The position numbers and the translations under genes are program-made. The notes beneath the pieces were generated by a model. The model did no database searches, was not told where the DNA came from, and was given only the letters and a program-made list of their open reading frames with translations. 64,000 nucleotides of DNA from Longimicrobiales bacterium (GTDB lineage Bacteria > Gemmatimonadota > Gemmatimonadetes > Longimicrobiales > Gaopeijiaceae). The DNA is taken from assembly GCA_041690395.1 (NCBI GenBank), contig JAWLHJ010000001.1, forward strand, positions 736,001-800,000, in the 5' to 3' direction. Numbering within the stretch: position 1 is the first letter of the stretch; each line of letters starts with the position of its first letter. Positions 47,447 to 56,666 of the stretch are shown here, in pieces.

Positions 47447-49372
47447 CTACCCTTCCTCAGGCCCGCCCAGCGTGGTCGCCACCACCGCGGCGAGCTCCTC
47501 GAACGTGATCGGCTTCTGAACGAGCTGTGTGACGCCGGCGCCCTCGATGACGGCCGGGTCGAGCTCGTCGATGAAGCCGGTCAGCAGGATGATCGGAAGA
47601 TCGGGGCGGACCCCGCGGATGGCGGTCGCGAGCTCCAGCCCATTGATGCCCGGCATGAGGTAGTCGCTGATGACGATGTCGAAATCGTCGGGCGCGGCCT
47701 CCAGCTGCTCGAGCGCTTCTTCGCCACTCGCTGCCGTCGCCACCACGTAGTCTATACGCTCCAGCCGCCGCTTGCCGACAGCGACGAGGCCGGCCTCGTC
47801 GTCCACGTAGAGGACCCGCGCTCCCGATCCGTGCAGGGGAGCGAGGATGTCCGACGCATCCTCCGTTTCTTCCGACTCCACCGCGGGTAGGATGAGTCGG
47901 ACCCGCGTCCCGGTGCCCGGAGCGCTGTCCAACTCGAGGGCGCCCCCGTGCTCGCGTGCGATTCCGTGCACGATCGCCAGCCCCAGCCCCGAGCCTTTGC
48001 CCGGCGGCTTGGTCGTGAAGAAGGGCTCGAACACCCGGCTCTGCGTCTCGGCGTCCATGCCCGTTCCGGTATCCTCGACGGAAAGGATGGCGTGGAGTCC
48101 CTCCCGCAGCGTCGGATGCGTCCGAGCCCGGCTGTCGGCGATATAGGCCGGCTCGGCCCGGAAGGCGAGGCGCCCTCCACCCGGCATCGCGTGGACCGAG
48201 TTGGTGCCGAGGTTCATGAGCACCTGGTGGATCGCCGACGGATCGACGAGCACGCGTGGCGTGTCGGGATCGACCGTCGTGGAGATGTCGATGTTCGGCG
48301 GGCTCGTCGATCGGAGGAATCCCTCGACCTCTCGCATGACGTTGTCGAGGGGAAGTACGCGTCGCTCGCCCTCCCGCCGATGCCCGACCGCCTGGATCTT
48401 CCGGACGAGGTCCCGTCCGCGATGCACGAAGCGCAGCAAATCCTCCAGGTCGCGACGCCCGTCGGAATGCTCGACGGAGTCGCCGAGCAGTTCCGCGTAT
48501 CCCATGATCGCGCCCAGGATGTTGTTGAAGTCGTGCGCGATGCCGGCCGCCAGCGTTCCCACGGCGTCCATCTTCTGAGCCTGGCGGAGCTGCTGCTCCA
48601 GGACGGACCGCTCCTCCTCCACCCGTCGGCGCTCGGTGATGTCGACGATGGAGGAGAGCACGAGCAGCCCTTCCTCGGTCTCGATGGGGTTCAGGCCGAT
48701 CTCCACCGGGATCTCGGTGCCGTCCTTGTGCAGTCCGAAGAGGTCTCGCCCGGCGCCCATGGGCCGGGCGTCGGGCTCATGGAAGAACGACGTGCGAAAG
48801 CCTGGATGCGCGCCGCGGAACCGCTCCGGCACGAGCACTTCCATGGGCTGTCCCATAAGCTCGTCGCGGTCCCACCCGAACATCCGCTCCACCTCGCGGT
48901 TCACCAGGACGATCTTGCCGCGCTTGTCGACCATCACCATGCCCGCGGGTGACGACTCCACGGCGGCCTTGAAGCGGGCTTCGGCCCGGCGCCGGGCGCT
49001 GATGTCCACGATGGACGACAGCACGAAGAGCCCCTCCTCGGTCACCACGGGGGTCAGCCCGATCTCGAGGGGGACTTCCGTGCCGTCTTTTCGCCGGCCG
49101 TACAGATCGCGCCCGGCGCCCATGGCCCGGACGGACGGATCCTCGAGGAAGTCCTGCCGGAAGGCCGCGTGGCCCATGCGCGCCGCTTCCGGCACCAGGA
49201 GGTCGACCGGCTTGCCGAGGAGCTCCTCGCGGGAGTATCCGAACAGCCGCTCGATCTCGCGGTTCACGAGTACCATGCGCCCCTCCGGGTCCACCATGAG
49301 CAACCCGCTCGGGGCGGACTCGACCGCGGCGCGGAGGCGGAGCTCCACCGCGCGTCTATCGTCAGACGTCAT
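47447..49372 (-). CDS. PAS-PAS hybrid sensor histidine kinase/receiver
   Basis: Two similar PAS domains; AGIAHDFNNIL H-box; FEPFFTTK, GSGLGL; receiver DDE...SDYLMP. Confidence 0.93.
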   Translation of the reverse strand: MTSDDRRAVELRLRAAVESAPSGLLMVDPEGRMVLVNREIERLFGYSREELLGKPVDLLVPEAARMGHAAFRQDFLEDPSVRAMGAGRDLYGRRKDGTEVPLEIGLTPVVTEEGLFVLSSIVDISARRRAEARFKAAVESSPAGMVMVDKRGKIVLVNREVERMFGWDRDELMGQPMEVLVPERFRGAHPGFRTSFFHEPDARPMGAGRDLFGLHKDGTEIPVEIGLNPIETEEGLLVLSSIVDITERRRVEEERSVLEQQLRQAQKMDAVGTLAAGIAHDFNNILGAIMGYAELLGDSVEHSDGRRDLEDLLRFVHRGRDLVRKIQAVGHRREGERRVLPLDNVMREVEGFLRSTSPPNIDISTTVDPDTPRVLVDPSAIHQVLMNLGTNSVHAMPGGGRLAFRAEPAYIADSRARTHPTLREGLHAILSVEDTGTGMDAETQSRVFEPFFTTKPPGKGSGLGLAIVHGIAREHGGALELDSAPGTGTRVRLILPAVESEETEDASDILAPLHGSGARVLYVDDEAGLVAVGKRRLERIDYVVATAASGEEALEQLEAAPDDFDIVISDYLMPGINGLELATAIRGVRPDLPIILLTGFIDELDPAVIEGAGVTQLVQKPITFEELAAVVATTLGGPEEG

Positions 49373-49517
49373 GGCACCGCCTGGGAGGAGGGGTGACCCG
49401 TCGGATCAAGTGCTCGGGGGGCCCCGACGCACGGGACGGTCCCCGAAGTGATGATCGCCGCGGGGACTCAGGTCTGCAAGGAACAGTCCTCCCGCCTTCG
49501 CCATGTGGCGCTCCGAC

Positions 49518-49695
49518 CGGGGCAAACTGCACAGTGGCGCGCCCCGCCGGCGCGCCTGTGTGGATTGTCCCCGCTATGCGGGGTCAACTCATCAATGGCT
49601 GCGGGCTGGGCTCGTCCCTGTGCACTTACCCCCGCTATGCGGGGAAAACCCGCAAGGTGGTGCCGCGGGCGTGCACGAGTGTGCAGTTCGCCCCG
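49518..49695. repeat. 178-bp TIR-bounded dispersed element, copy 2
   Basis: Same length and orientation as 44858-45035; 16 differences by manual count, only 1 in the central 100 bp; followed by a CCCG/CCGG 4-mer tail to 49735. Confidence 0.85.
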
Positions 49696-49735
49696 CCCGC
49701 CGGCCCGCCCGCCCGCCGGCCGGCCGGCCCGCCCG

Positions 49736-52237
49736 CTACTCCATCGGCGCCCAGAACAGCACGGGATCCTCGACCCGGATGTCCATCTTCTCGAGCGGCA
49801 CGGGGAAGGGCTCGATCGCTGCGGCCTTCTCGCGCCACTCGGCCCAGACGTTCTCCAGCTCCCGGGCGAGATCGTCCTCGAGCGTGGTGATGGCGTTCTC
49901 GTAGTCCTCGAGCTTCTCGGCCGCGCTGTTGGCCCGCTCCTGGGTGCGGCGGGTCTGGGACCGCCGCGACGCCGCCCCCGACAGAGCGCGAACACGCGCC
50001 TTGCCTCCGAGGAACATCGACAGGAGCTCGCCCGCGCCGGACACGAGCTCCTGCTGACGCCGTGTCCCGACGTCGACCTCGAGCTCACGGACGCGGCGCG
50101 CGGCCCCGTCCCGGCGCTCGCGCGCGGTCTTCAGGCGACTCTCGAAGCGATCGCGCAACTTGGCCGCCTCGGCATCGGCCGCCTGCTCGGCGGCTTCCAG
50201 GCACCGCGCGCGGAAGGCTTCTGCCGTCTCCCCGGCACGGGAGTACAGCTTGAGGGCGGGGTTCCGGAACAGGTCGAGGGTGAGCGACCCGTACAGATGA
50301 TCCTGCAGGTCGCGCTTCAGCGAGCGGAAGTAGTCCGCGGACTGGACGTCCGCGGAGGGGAGCACGAACGGCGCGGGCCGGACGGGCGCGGCGAGGAAGT
50401 CGCGATCGTCGTAGTCGACGGCGACCGCATCCTGCACGCGAGAGTCCGACTCGAGCGGGAAGAGCACGGCCTCCCATTCCTGGTCGTGGCGGAGATCGGC
50501 CTTGGTCTCGTCGAAGAGGAGCTTCACGCGGAACGCCAGCCCCGCGTTGAGGCTTCCGCCGCCGGCTCCCGCGCCGATCTCGCGTGCCCAGGGGGCGGCC
50601 GGGTCCAGGTAGCATACACGCGCCTCCGACGAGACCGTGGGCGCTACCGGGGTCTCGTCGTGGGGCAGGTCGGCGAGGGCGGGCGAAGCGGAGGCCAGCG
50701 AACGGCCCGCCGGGCCGGCGGCCGCTCCTGCCGCCGGGCTCCCCGCGGGGGCTGAGCCCGGACCGCTCCCCGAGCCCGCACTGCCCGCGGGAGCTGCGCC
50801 CGCCGGGGCCGCCTCCGCGGCGGGACTGGCGGGACCCCGAGCCTCGTCCGCCTCCCGCAACCGCAGCAGCTCCGGTCGGGTCAGCGGCCCCCGAAGGAAC
50901 GACATGGCCCAACGCGACGTGAACAGCGCCGGCTGGGACGTGCGCGCCGTCTTCAGCACGAACTCGCGCTTGCCGAGCTCGCCGATCCGGGCGCCCCACG
51001 AGGCCACGTCGACGTCTCCCGACGCGGAGCGCATCGCCTCGACGATGCGCGCCTTGTCGCGCTCGGTCTGAAGCCGCCCGATCATCCAGGTGCCGGCGTT
51101 GGACATGAGCTTGTAGTCGACGTCCACCGGGTTCTGCGTGGAGATCACCATGCCGACGCCGTGCGCGCGCGCCTGCTTGAAGATCGTGAGCATGGGCTTC
51201 TTCGACGGCGGCTCGGCCGTGGGCGGGGCGAGCCCGAACACCTCGTCGACGTAGACCAGCGCCTTCAGGTCGGAGGTCCCCGGCTGCTGCCGCATCCAGG
51301 TGACCATCTTGGAGAGGAGGAGCGTTACGACGAACTGGCGCTCGGTCTCGGTCAGGTGCGACATGTAGACGACGCTTGCGCGCGGCCGCCCGTCCGGCGC
51401 TCGGAGGAGGGTGTCCATGTCCAGCGGCTCGCCCTGCATCCAAGCCGCGAAAGAAGGGGACGCCACCAGGCCGTTCAGGCGCATCGCGAGCGCCGTCCGG
51501 TCCTTGGCGGGGAAGAACGTGTCCAGCTCGAACACCCCCAACCGCCGCATCGGGGGATCCTGGATCTGCATGAGGAGCGCGGCGAGATCTAGGTCGATGT
51601 CCTGACCCCATGCGTGCTCCACCAGGTTCGCGAGCAGGATGTGCTCCCGGCTCGTGATGGGATCCGCGTCGATGCCCGCGAGCACGAGGAGTCCCGACAC
51701 CAACCCTTCGATCTCCTCACGGAGCGCCTCCTGGTCCCGTGCGGCATTGCCCTTCGGCGCGGATAGGTTGCCGAGCACGTTCAGCGGGATACCCGCGGTC
51801 GAGCCCGGCGTGAAGATCCGCACCTCGGCCCCGTCCGTGAACGCCCGCACGTCCGCCGGGCTGAGCCCGGAGCCCGCGAGCCCCTTCGTCCACCGCTCGG
51901 CCGTGCGTGCCGCGAGCTCCGCGGTATCGATGCCCTCCCGGGCGGCCTCCGCCGGGTCCACCCATTCCTCGAAGTCCGCGGCCGCCAGCTCCGGGAAGCG
52001 GAGGGCGAGGTTCCCCATATCCCCCTTCGGGTCGAGGATGAGCGCGGGAATGCCCGCCTGGAGGACCTCCTCCAGGAGCACCACGCCGAGGCCGGTCTTT
52101 CCCGACCCGGTCATGCCGACGATCACCCCGTGCGTGGTCAGGTGATGGGCCGCGATCTCCCGGCGCGTGGACGTGGGCTTCCGGCTCGACTCGTCCAGGT
52201 CGATGCCGACATAGAGATCACCGCGCTCGTTGCTCAA
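49736..52237 (-). CDS. HerA/FtsK-like P-loop ATPase (DUF87/DUF853-type)
   Basis: GMTGSGKT Walker A, ILDPKGD, VYVDE Walker B, ISTQNP; coiled-coil C-terminus; TTG start. Confidence 0.85.
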   Translation of the reverse strand: MSNERGDLYVGIDLDESSRKPTSTRREIAAHHLTTHGVIVGMTGSGKTGLGVVLLEEVLQAGIPALILDPKGDMGNLALRFPELAAADFEEWVDPAEAAREGIDTAELAARTAERWTKGLAGSGLSPADVRAFTDGAEVRIFTPGSTAGIPLNVLGNLSAPKGNAARDQEALREEIEGLVSGLLVLAGIDADPITSREHILLANLVEHAWGQDIDLDLAALLMQIQDPPMRRLGVFELDTFFPAKDRTALAMRLNGLVASPSFAAWMQGEPLDMDTLLRAPDGRPRASVVYMSHLTETERQFVVTLLLSKMVTWMRQQPGTSDLKALVYVDEVFGLAPPTAEPPSKKPMLTIFKQARAHGVGMVISTQNPVDVDYKLMSNAGTWMIGRLQTERDKARIVEAMRSASGDVDVASWGARIGELGKREFVLKTARTSQPALFTSRWAMSFLRGPLTRPELLRLREADEARGPASPAAEAAPAGAAPAGSAGSGSGPGSAPAGSPAAGAAAGPAGRSLASASPALADLPHDETPVAPTVSSEARVCYLDPAAPWAREIGAGAGGGSLNAGLAFRVKLLFDETKADLRHDQEWEAVLFPLESDSRVQDAVAVDYDDRDFLAAPVRPAPFVLPSADVQSADYFRSLKRDLQDHLYGSLTLDLFRNPALKLYSRAGETAEAFRARCLEAAEQAADAEAAKLRDRFESRLKTARERRDGAARRVRELEVDVGTRRQQELVSGAGELLSMFLGGKARVRALSGAASRRSQTRRTQERANSAAEKLEDYENAITTLEDDLARELENVWAEWREKAAAIEPFPVPLEKMDIRVEDPVLFWAPME

Positions 52238-52287
52238 TCTCGTCTCCGTCTCGCGTCGTTGGCCTACGTCGGCGCACCCCGCCGCGC

Positions 52288-52863
52288 CTACTTCCCGAAC
52301 TTGCTCAAGATGTCGTCCAGGGGGTTGCCGTCGCCGTCCTGATCCAGCATCGCGGCCAGCCCTCCCAGACCTCCGCCGCCACCGCCCGCGCTCCTACCGC
52401 CGCCGAGGAGGCCGCCGAGCATGCCGCGGAGCCCTCCACGGGAGGGCTCCGCATCACCGCCGCCGCCCTGCTTCGCGAGCGCGCCCGCGACCATCATCGC
52501 CAGCATCGGCAGCATCTTCTTCAGCAGCGACGGATCGAGGCCCGTGCGCGAGGCCGCGTCCTGCGCGACGGCGCGACTCACGTCCTTGGACCCGAAGATC
52601 TGCCCCAGGACCTCGTTCCCACGGCCTACGTCGGTGGGTTCGTTGCCGAGCACGTTGTCGAGCAGCCCGCCTCCGCCGAGTTGGCCCAGCAAGGCGCCGA
52701 GGCCACCGGCACCCGCCGCCTGGCCCTGGGCCTTCCGCATCCCACCGAGGATGGCGGGAGCGAGAGCACTCGCGCCGGTCGCGGCCTGACTCTCGGAAAT
52801 GCCCAGCTCCTTCGCCATCGACTGGAGGCCGCCCATCTGGGAGAGAATCTCGGTGATATCCAT
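52288..52863 (-). CDS. DUF937 family protein
   Basis: GNEVLGQIFGSKDVSRAVA, LKKMLPMLA, MLDQDGDGNPLDD. Confidence 0.8.
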   Translation of the reverse strand: MDITEILSQMGGLQSMAKELGISESQAATGASALAPAILGGMRKAQGQAAGAGGLGALLGQLGGGGLLDNVLGNEPTDVGRGNEVLGQIFGSKDVSRAVAQDAASRTGLDPSLLKKMLPMLAMMVAGALAKQGGGGDAEPSRGGLRGMLGGLLGGGRSAGGGGGGLGGLAAMLDQDGDGNPLDDILSKFGK

Positions 52864-53068
52864 GGGAATGCTCCTCGGGGTCGGCCCCGTTACGGTGCGC
52901 AGCGCCCCGGTCAGGCGCCGCCCGGGAAGCTACCCCAGAGCGGAAGATGTCGCCAAGACGGGGGCGTACGCTCGCCCGTCCGTTTGGGCCCACATCCACG
53001 CCGCATCGTCCAGACCCGTTAGCTTCACGTCCGCAGGAACGTCACAGAAGAAGTGAAGGGGGAGTACC

Positions 53069-53506
53069 ATGTCCGGATCATTGGCCGAGCTCGTCATCGA
53101 TGGAGGGATCGCCGAGCTGAAGTGCCCGATCACGGGCATCCCCCTCATCGTGCAGGACGAAGGCTTCGACTCCGACGCCCACCACTCGCCCCACTTACGG
53201 TTCTTCGTGGATTGGATCGATCAGGCCTGGGTCGTGGACCCGGACGACCTTCCGGACGAGCAGGCGCCGGGTCAGCGCAGGCTCGTCGAGATCCTGACGA
53301 GCGACGAGGCGTTCGATTCGCGGCACGCGATGATCGACGCGTGCGTCGAAGCACTTCCGGGGTCGGCCCTGGTGCTGGAGATCCTAGATCCCCCGGAAGG
53401 CGCGTTCGAGGGCGACATCTGTTACGCCTGTTTCGACCTCGGGGCGCGTGCGTCGGCGGATGCCGTGCGCCTGCACCTGGCGGAGCCTGCGGAAGCGGCG
53501 AGTTAG
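53069..53506 (+). CDS. Hypothetical acidic protein
   Basis: GGGGAG RBS then ATG; 145 aa; CPITG and HHSPH motifs. Confidence 0.6.
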   Translation: MSGSLAELVIDGGIAELKCPITGIPLIVQDEGFDSDAHHSPHLRFFVDWIDQAWVVDPDDLPDEQAPGQRRLVEILTSDEAFDSRHAMIDACVEALPGSALVLEILDPPEGAFEGDICYACFDLGARASADAVRLHLAEPAEAAS

Positions 53507-53907
53507 GCACCTTCGCGATGGGGTGGCTGCCCCGTCGCGGCCGCGAGCCCGCGGTCATAGGTCATGATCCGGCGCACATCCCGGCGGACGCAGCACGCGA
53601 GTTGCACCAGATCGCGCGCCGAGAGCCCCGGGTGCTCCCCGTCCAGTGCACGGGCGAGGTGTACGTCGGCTTCCTCCACGGACCAGGTTTCGTCCACGCA
53701 TCCCGCCACGAGGGTGAGCGCTGCGTCGAGGGTCGCCTGTCGGTCCACGGGAAGGTAGGCGTGCAGGAGTTCCTGGAGCACCTCGGCGGACGTGACCAGC
53801 CTCTGGTGTTGCTCCACTGCCTGGAAGAGGAAGGCTCGAGCCTTCCCGCGGAGCGGATGTGGGCCGCCCACGGCGTACATGAAGACGTTCGTATCGACGA
53901 AGATCAC
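53503..53907 (-). CDS. vapC: PIN-domain toxin, VapC family
   Basis: IFVDTNVFMYA, TSAEVLQE, LSARDL, MTYD. Confidence 0.88.
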   Translation of the reverse strand: MIFVDTNVFMYAVGGPHPLRGKARAFLFQAVEQHQRLVTSAEVLQELLHAYLPVDRQATLDAALTLVAGCVDETWSVEEADVHLARALDGEHPGLSARDLVQLACCVRRDVRRIMTYDRGLAAATGQPPHREGA

Positions 53908-54179
53908 GTGACGTCCAGCCCCCGCACCCGGGAGCGCTCGATGGCGTCACGATGCTCGGCCCAATCCGGTTCCGGCTCGACTTCGAGCTCATCGCACGCC
54001 TCAAAGAACTCGGCGAGGGCGTCGCGGGAGCGCAGTGATCGGCCCTCCTGGGTTTCGCGAAGCCGGTCCTCCGCCGCCTCGCGGAGCCAGGCAGCCAGTG
54101 ACTTCCCCTCCCGGTCCGCCTGCGCGCGATAGCGGGCCTTGTCGTCGGGGTCGAGAACGATGTGGATGCGGGTGCTCAT
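53904..54179 (-). CDS. Putative RHH/CopG-like antitoxin
   Basis: STRIHIVL..AQADREGKSLAAWLREAA; GTGA-coupled upstream of vapC. Confidence 0.75.
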   Translation of the reverse strand: MSTRIHIVLDPDDKARYRAQADREGKSLAAWLREAAEDRLRETQEGRSLRSRDALAEFFEACDELEVEPEPDWAEHRDAIERSRVRGLDVT

Positions 54180-54187
54180 GGCTGAAG

Positions 54188-54208
54188 ATACACATTCGAG
54201 ATGTGTAT
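54188..54208. promoter_or_regulatory. Palindromic TA operator overlapping a -10-like hexamer
   Basis: ATACACAT-tcgag-ATGTGTAT; TATCTT on the minus strand at 54185-54190, 5 nt before the ATG. Confidence 0.65.
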
Positions 54209-54233
54209 GTGCCATGAATGGGTGATGCGCGAG

Positions 54234-55024
54234 CTAGACCGACGGCCCCGGACCTGCCATCAGCCCGTCCGCCCACGCTTCGATGGTCTCGCGCATGACG
54301 AGCCGGTCCAGCCACCGCTCCGGGATCCCCTCCGCGCCGTAGCACGCACCTGCGAGCTGGCCGCACACCGCGGCCGTCGTGTCGGCGTCGTCGCCGAGGT
54401 TGGCGGCGGCGAGGACGGCTTCTTCGAAGGATCTCGTACGCTCGAAGGACCAGAGCGCAGCTTCGAGAGAGTCCACCACGTACCCCGTCCCGCGGATGTC
54501 CGACGGGTCCCGCCCGACGTAGCCGCCGCCGGCGATCTCCTGGAGCCGCTCGGACATCCAACTGGCCGGCTCGATGGCCCGGAGCGCGTCCGCCTTGGGT
54601 GCGCCCGACAAGAGCGCGTGTAGTGCGGCGGCCAGGATGCGGCACGCCGCCACCGCCTCGGCCGCGCCATGGGTCGTCCGCGAGCTATCCGCGGCGTAGC
54701 GGTCGACCACCTCGGCGTCGGGATGGTAGAACAGCACCACGGGGGCGAGGCGCATGATCGAGCCGTTCCCCGCGGACCAGGGTGACTTCGAGCCGCAGTA
54801 GGCCTCCCCGGTGTGCTCGAACCGGGCGAGGGCCTCGCGGACCGTGTTGCCGATGTCGAAGCACTCGCCCGTCGAGCTCAGGTGGCCCTCGCGCATCCGA
54901 AGGGGCCTCCGCCCACCATGTCCGTGAGGGGCTCGAAGCTTCCGCGGGGGCTGAACTCCACGGTGGTGCCCACGGCGTCACCGCAAGCGAGTCCGAGGAG
55001 GCACCCGCGTGCGCGGGAGGTCAC
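54234..55024 (-). pseudogene. ADP-ribosylglycohydrolase (DraG/ARH family) with internal deletion and frameshift
   Basis: N-part GCLLGLACGDAVG..DMVGGGPF joins out of frame to MREGHLSSTGECFDIGNT..AGNGSIMR..GDDADTTAAV near 54897; the family WTDDT segment is missing. Confidence 0.82.
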
Positions 55025-55965
55025 CCCAATCGTACCTCCTGCAGCCGCCGTTCGAACGCCCCGCCAGGCGGCGCGGCGAAGAAGTTGTACCCCAACCTGG
55101 ACCAGGGCTTGAAGCGACGCACGTCGTCGAGTGTCCGGATCGGGTGAACCTCGCCGGTCTCCGTCACGAAGCACACGCTGGCGCCGAGGTCGAGCACGAA
55201 CTCGCTCGTCGAGCAGGAGTCGTCGTTGCCGTGGTCCTCGTAGATGAGCATCCAGTCCCGCTCGGACAGCCTGCTCGAGCCTCGTAGCGCCGGGATCTCC
55301 ATGCCTTCGACGTCCAGCTTGAGGACCACGGGATGGCCCGGTGGTACATGCTCCTCGATCACCGCGTCCAACGAGATGGAGTCGACGACCTCCGTCTCGA
55401 GACCCTCCCTGGGGCCGTTCGCCCCGACCGCCCCCGCGGCGGCCCGGGCCCCGACGACGGAAGCAGGGTACTCGATGATCACCTCTTCACCCGCGGTCTC
55501 TGCGAGGGCCCTCTTGAGCGTCGTGAACCGGTCGCCGTTGAGTTGGCGGTTCTCCTCCAGGGCGCGGAACGTCTCTCCGACGGGCTCGATGGCGACCGTG
55601 GGTTTCGCGCCGAAGCGACAGCTCGTCGCGAGCACGCTCCAGTATCCGAAGTTGGCGCCCGCGTCGATGAACACGTAGTCCACGTCCGCGATGCAGTGCA
55701 GAATGAGGGCCGTCGCCCGCTCGTAATCGAACCGCTCGGAGACGAGGCGGCTCCAGTAGGGATCCGCCGTGCGCATGCTGAACAGTGCATCCGGCGCGAG
55801 CTCCACGGTACATCGCTGCCCAGGCGGGGCGAGGCGCCCGCACCATCGAGCCAGCTTGAAGAACCCATGGTGCTTCAGAGGACGCGTCACGACCTCCGCC
55901 AAGTCGATGCCGCGCAGAGCCACGAAGCTGAGCGGGCCGTTTGGATCGACGGTCACGGGACGCAT
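55021..55965 (-). CDS. FkbM family methyltransferase
   Basis: FIDAGANFG, AIEP, LKLDVEGME; AGGAGG RBS before ATG 55965. Confidence 0.85.
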   Translation of the reverse strand: MRPVTVDPNGPLSFVALRGIDLAEVVTRPLKHHGFFKLARWCGRLAPPGQRCTVELAPDALFSMRTADPYWSRLVSERFDYERATALILHCIADVDYVFIDAGANFGYWSVLATSCRFGAKPTVAIEPVGETFRALEENRQLNGDRFTTLKRALAETAGEEVIIEYPASVVGARAAAGAVGANGPREGLETEVVDSISLDAVIEEHVPPGHPVVLKLDVEGMEIPALRGSSRLSERDWMLIYEDHGNDDSCSTSEFVLDLGASVCFVTETGEVHPIRTLDDVRRFKPWSRLGYNFFAAPPGGAFERRLQEVRLG

Positions 55966-56031
55966 CGGGGTCCTCCTGTTCCGGTGGAGCGGCGTGTCTA
56001 CCGGTACGGACATATGCAAGGTTCGCTCCGC

Positions 56032-56427
56032 TCAGACCGTTACGACCACCGCGCCATGTCCGGGAGCTCGCGCGAGTCGCCCGTCGCAGGTGAGAAGCGG
56101 CGCGTCGAGCGCTTCCGCGAGGGAGATGTAGGCGCCGTCGTGCGCCGTCAGGTTCTCCCGGAGCGCCCAGATGCGCGGTAGAAGGATCCGGCTGGGGTGT
56201 CGTGTGACCGGCAGGCGTTGGAGTAGCTGCAGGGCGGCGGCGGCGCGCGCTTCGGGAAGAACATTCCGCGCCGCATGGCGCCGGAACACCTGCGCTACCT
56301 CCAGGTCCATCAGGTCCGGCGCGTGGAGGCGGGACCCGGCGCCCGCGTCGCGGACGGCCTCGGCGACCGCCTCACCGCGCTGGCTCCCGAGCAGCAGCTC
56401 CACCACGGCCGACGCGTCGAGGATCAT
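56032..56427 (-). CDS. vapC: PIN-domain toxin, VapC family
   Basis: ILDASAVVELL, APDLMDLEV, NLTAHDGAYISLAE, LLTCD. Confidence 0.9.
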   Translation of the reverse strand: MILDASAVVELLLGSQRGEAVAEAVRDAGAGSRLHAPDLMDLEVAQVFRRHAARNVLPEARAAAALQLLQRLPVTRHPSRILLPRIWALRENLTAHDGAYISLAEALDAPLLTCDGRLARAPGHGAVVVTV

Positions 56428-56429
56428 GC

Positions 56430-56660
56430 TCAGCGACGGTCCCGCTCTTCCCGCAGGATCTCGGCAGCCGGGGGTGCGCCGTAGACCGGTCCGAGCTCAC
56501 GAACACGCGCCACGACCTCGTCGAACGTGAGGGTCTCCACTTCGTTGCGGAGGGCTCTCAGCGCCAGGTCCGAGAGGGTGAGCCCCTCCAGGGCCGCGCG
56601 CGCCTTGGCGCGGCGGTGGAGGTCGTCGGGCACGTTGCGGATCTGGATCATGGTAGACAT
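56430..56660 (-). CDS. FitA-like ribbon-helix-helix antitoxin
   Basis: IQIRNVPDDLHRRAKARAALEGLTLSD; directly upstream of vapC. Confidence 0.85.
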   Translation of the reverse strand: MSTMIQIRNVPDDLHRRAKARAALEGLTLSDLALRALRNEVETLTFDEVVARVRELGPVYGAPPAAEILREERDRR

Positions 56661-56666
56661 GTGATC

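Noticed and set aside
48630..49350. Internal DNA similarity in the kinase (and in 43720-44550) as template/variable repeats of a DGR
   Set aside because: Explained by tandem PAS and carboxypeptidase-regulatory domains; no reverse transcriptase present.
49736..52237. HerA-based defence system (Sir2-HerA, NurA-HerA)
   Set aside because: No partner nuclease or Sir2 gene is adjacent; the upstream gene is DUF937.
53502..53508. GTTAGGC as an integron attC core site
   Set aside because: No complementary RYYYAAC upstream, no attC hairpin and no integrase; it simply spans two convergent stop codons.
54878..54900. Programmed frameshift joining the two glycohydrolase halves
   Set aside because: No slippery sequence, and conserved catalytic residues are absent, so a frameshift would not restore the enzyme.
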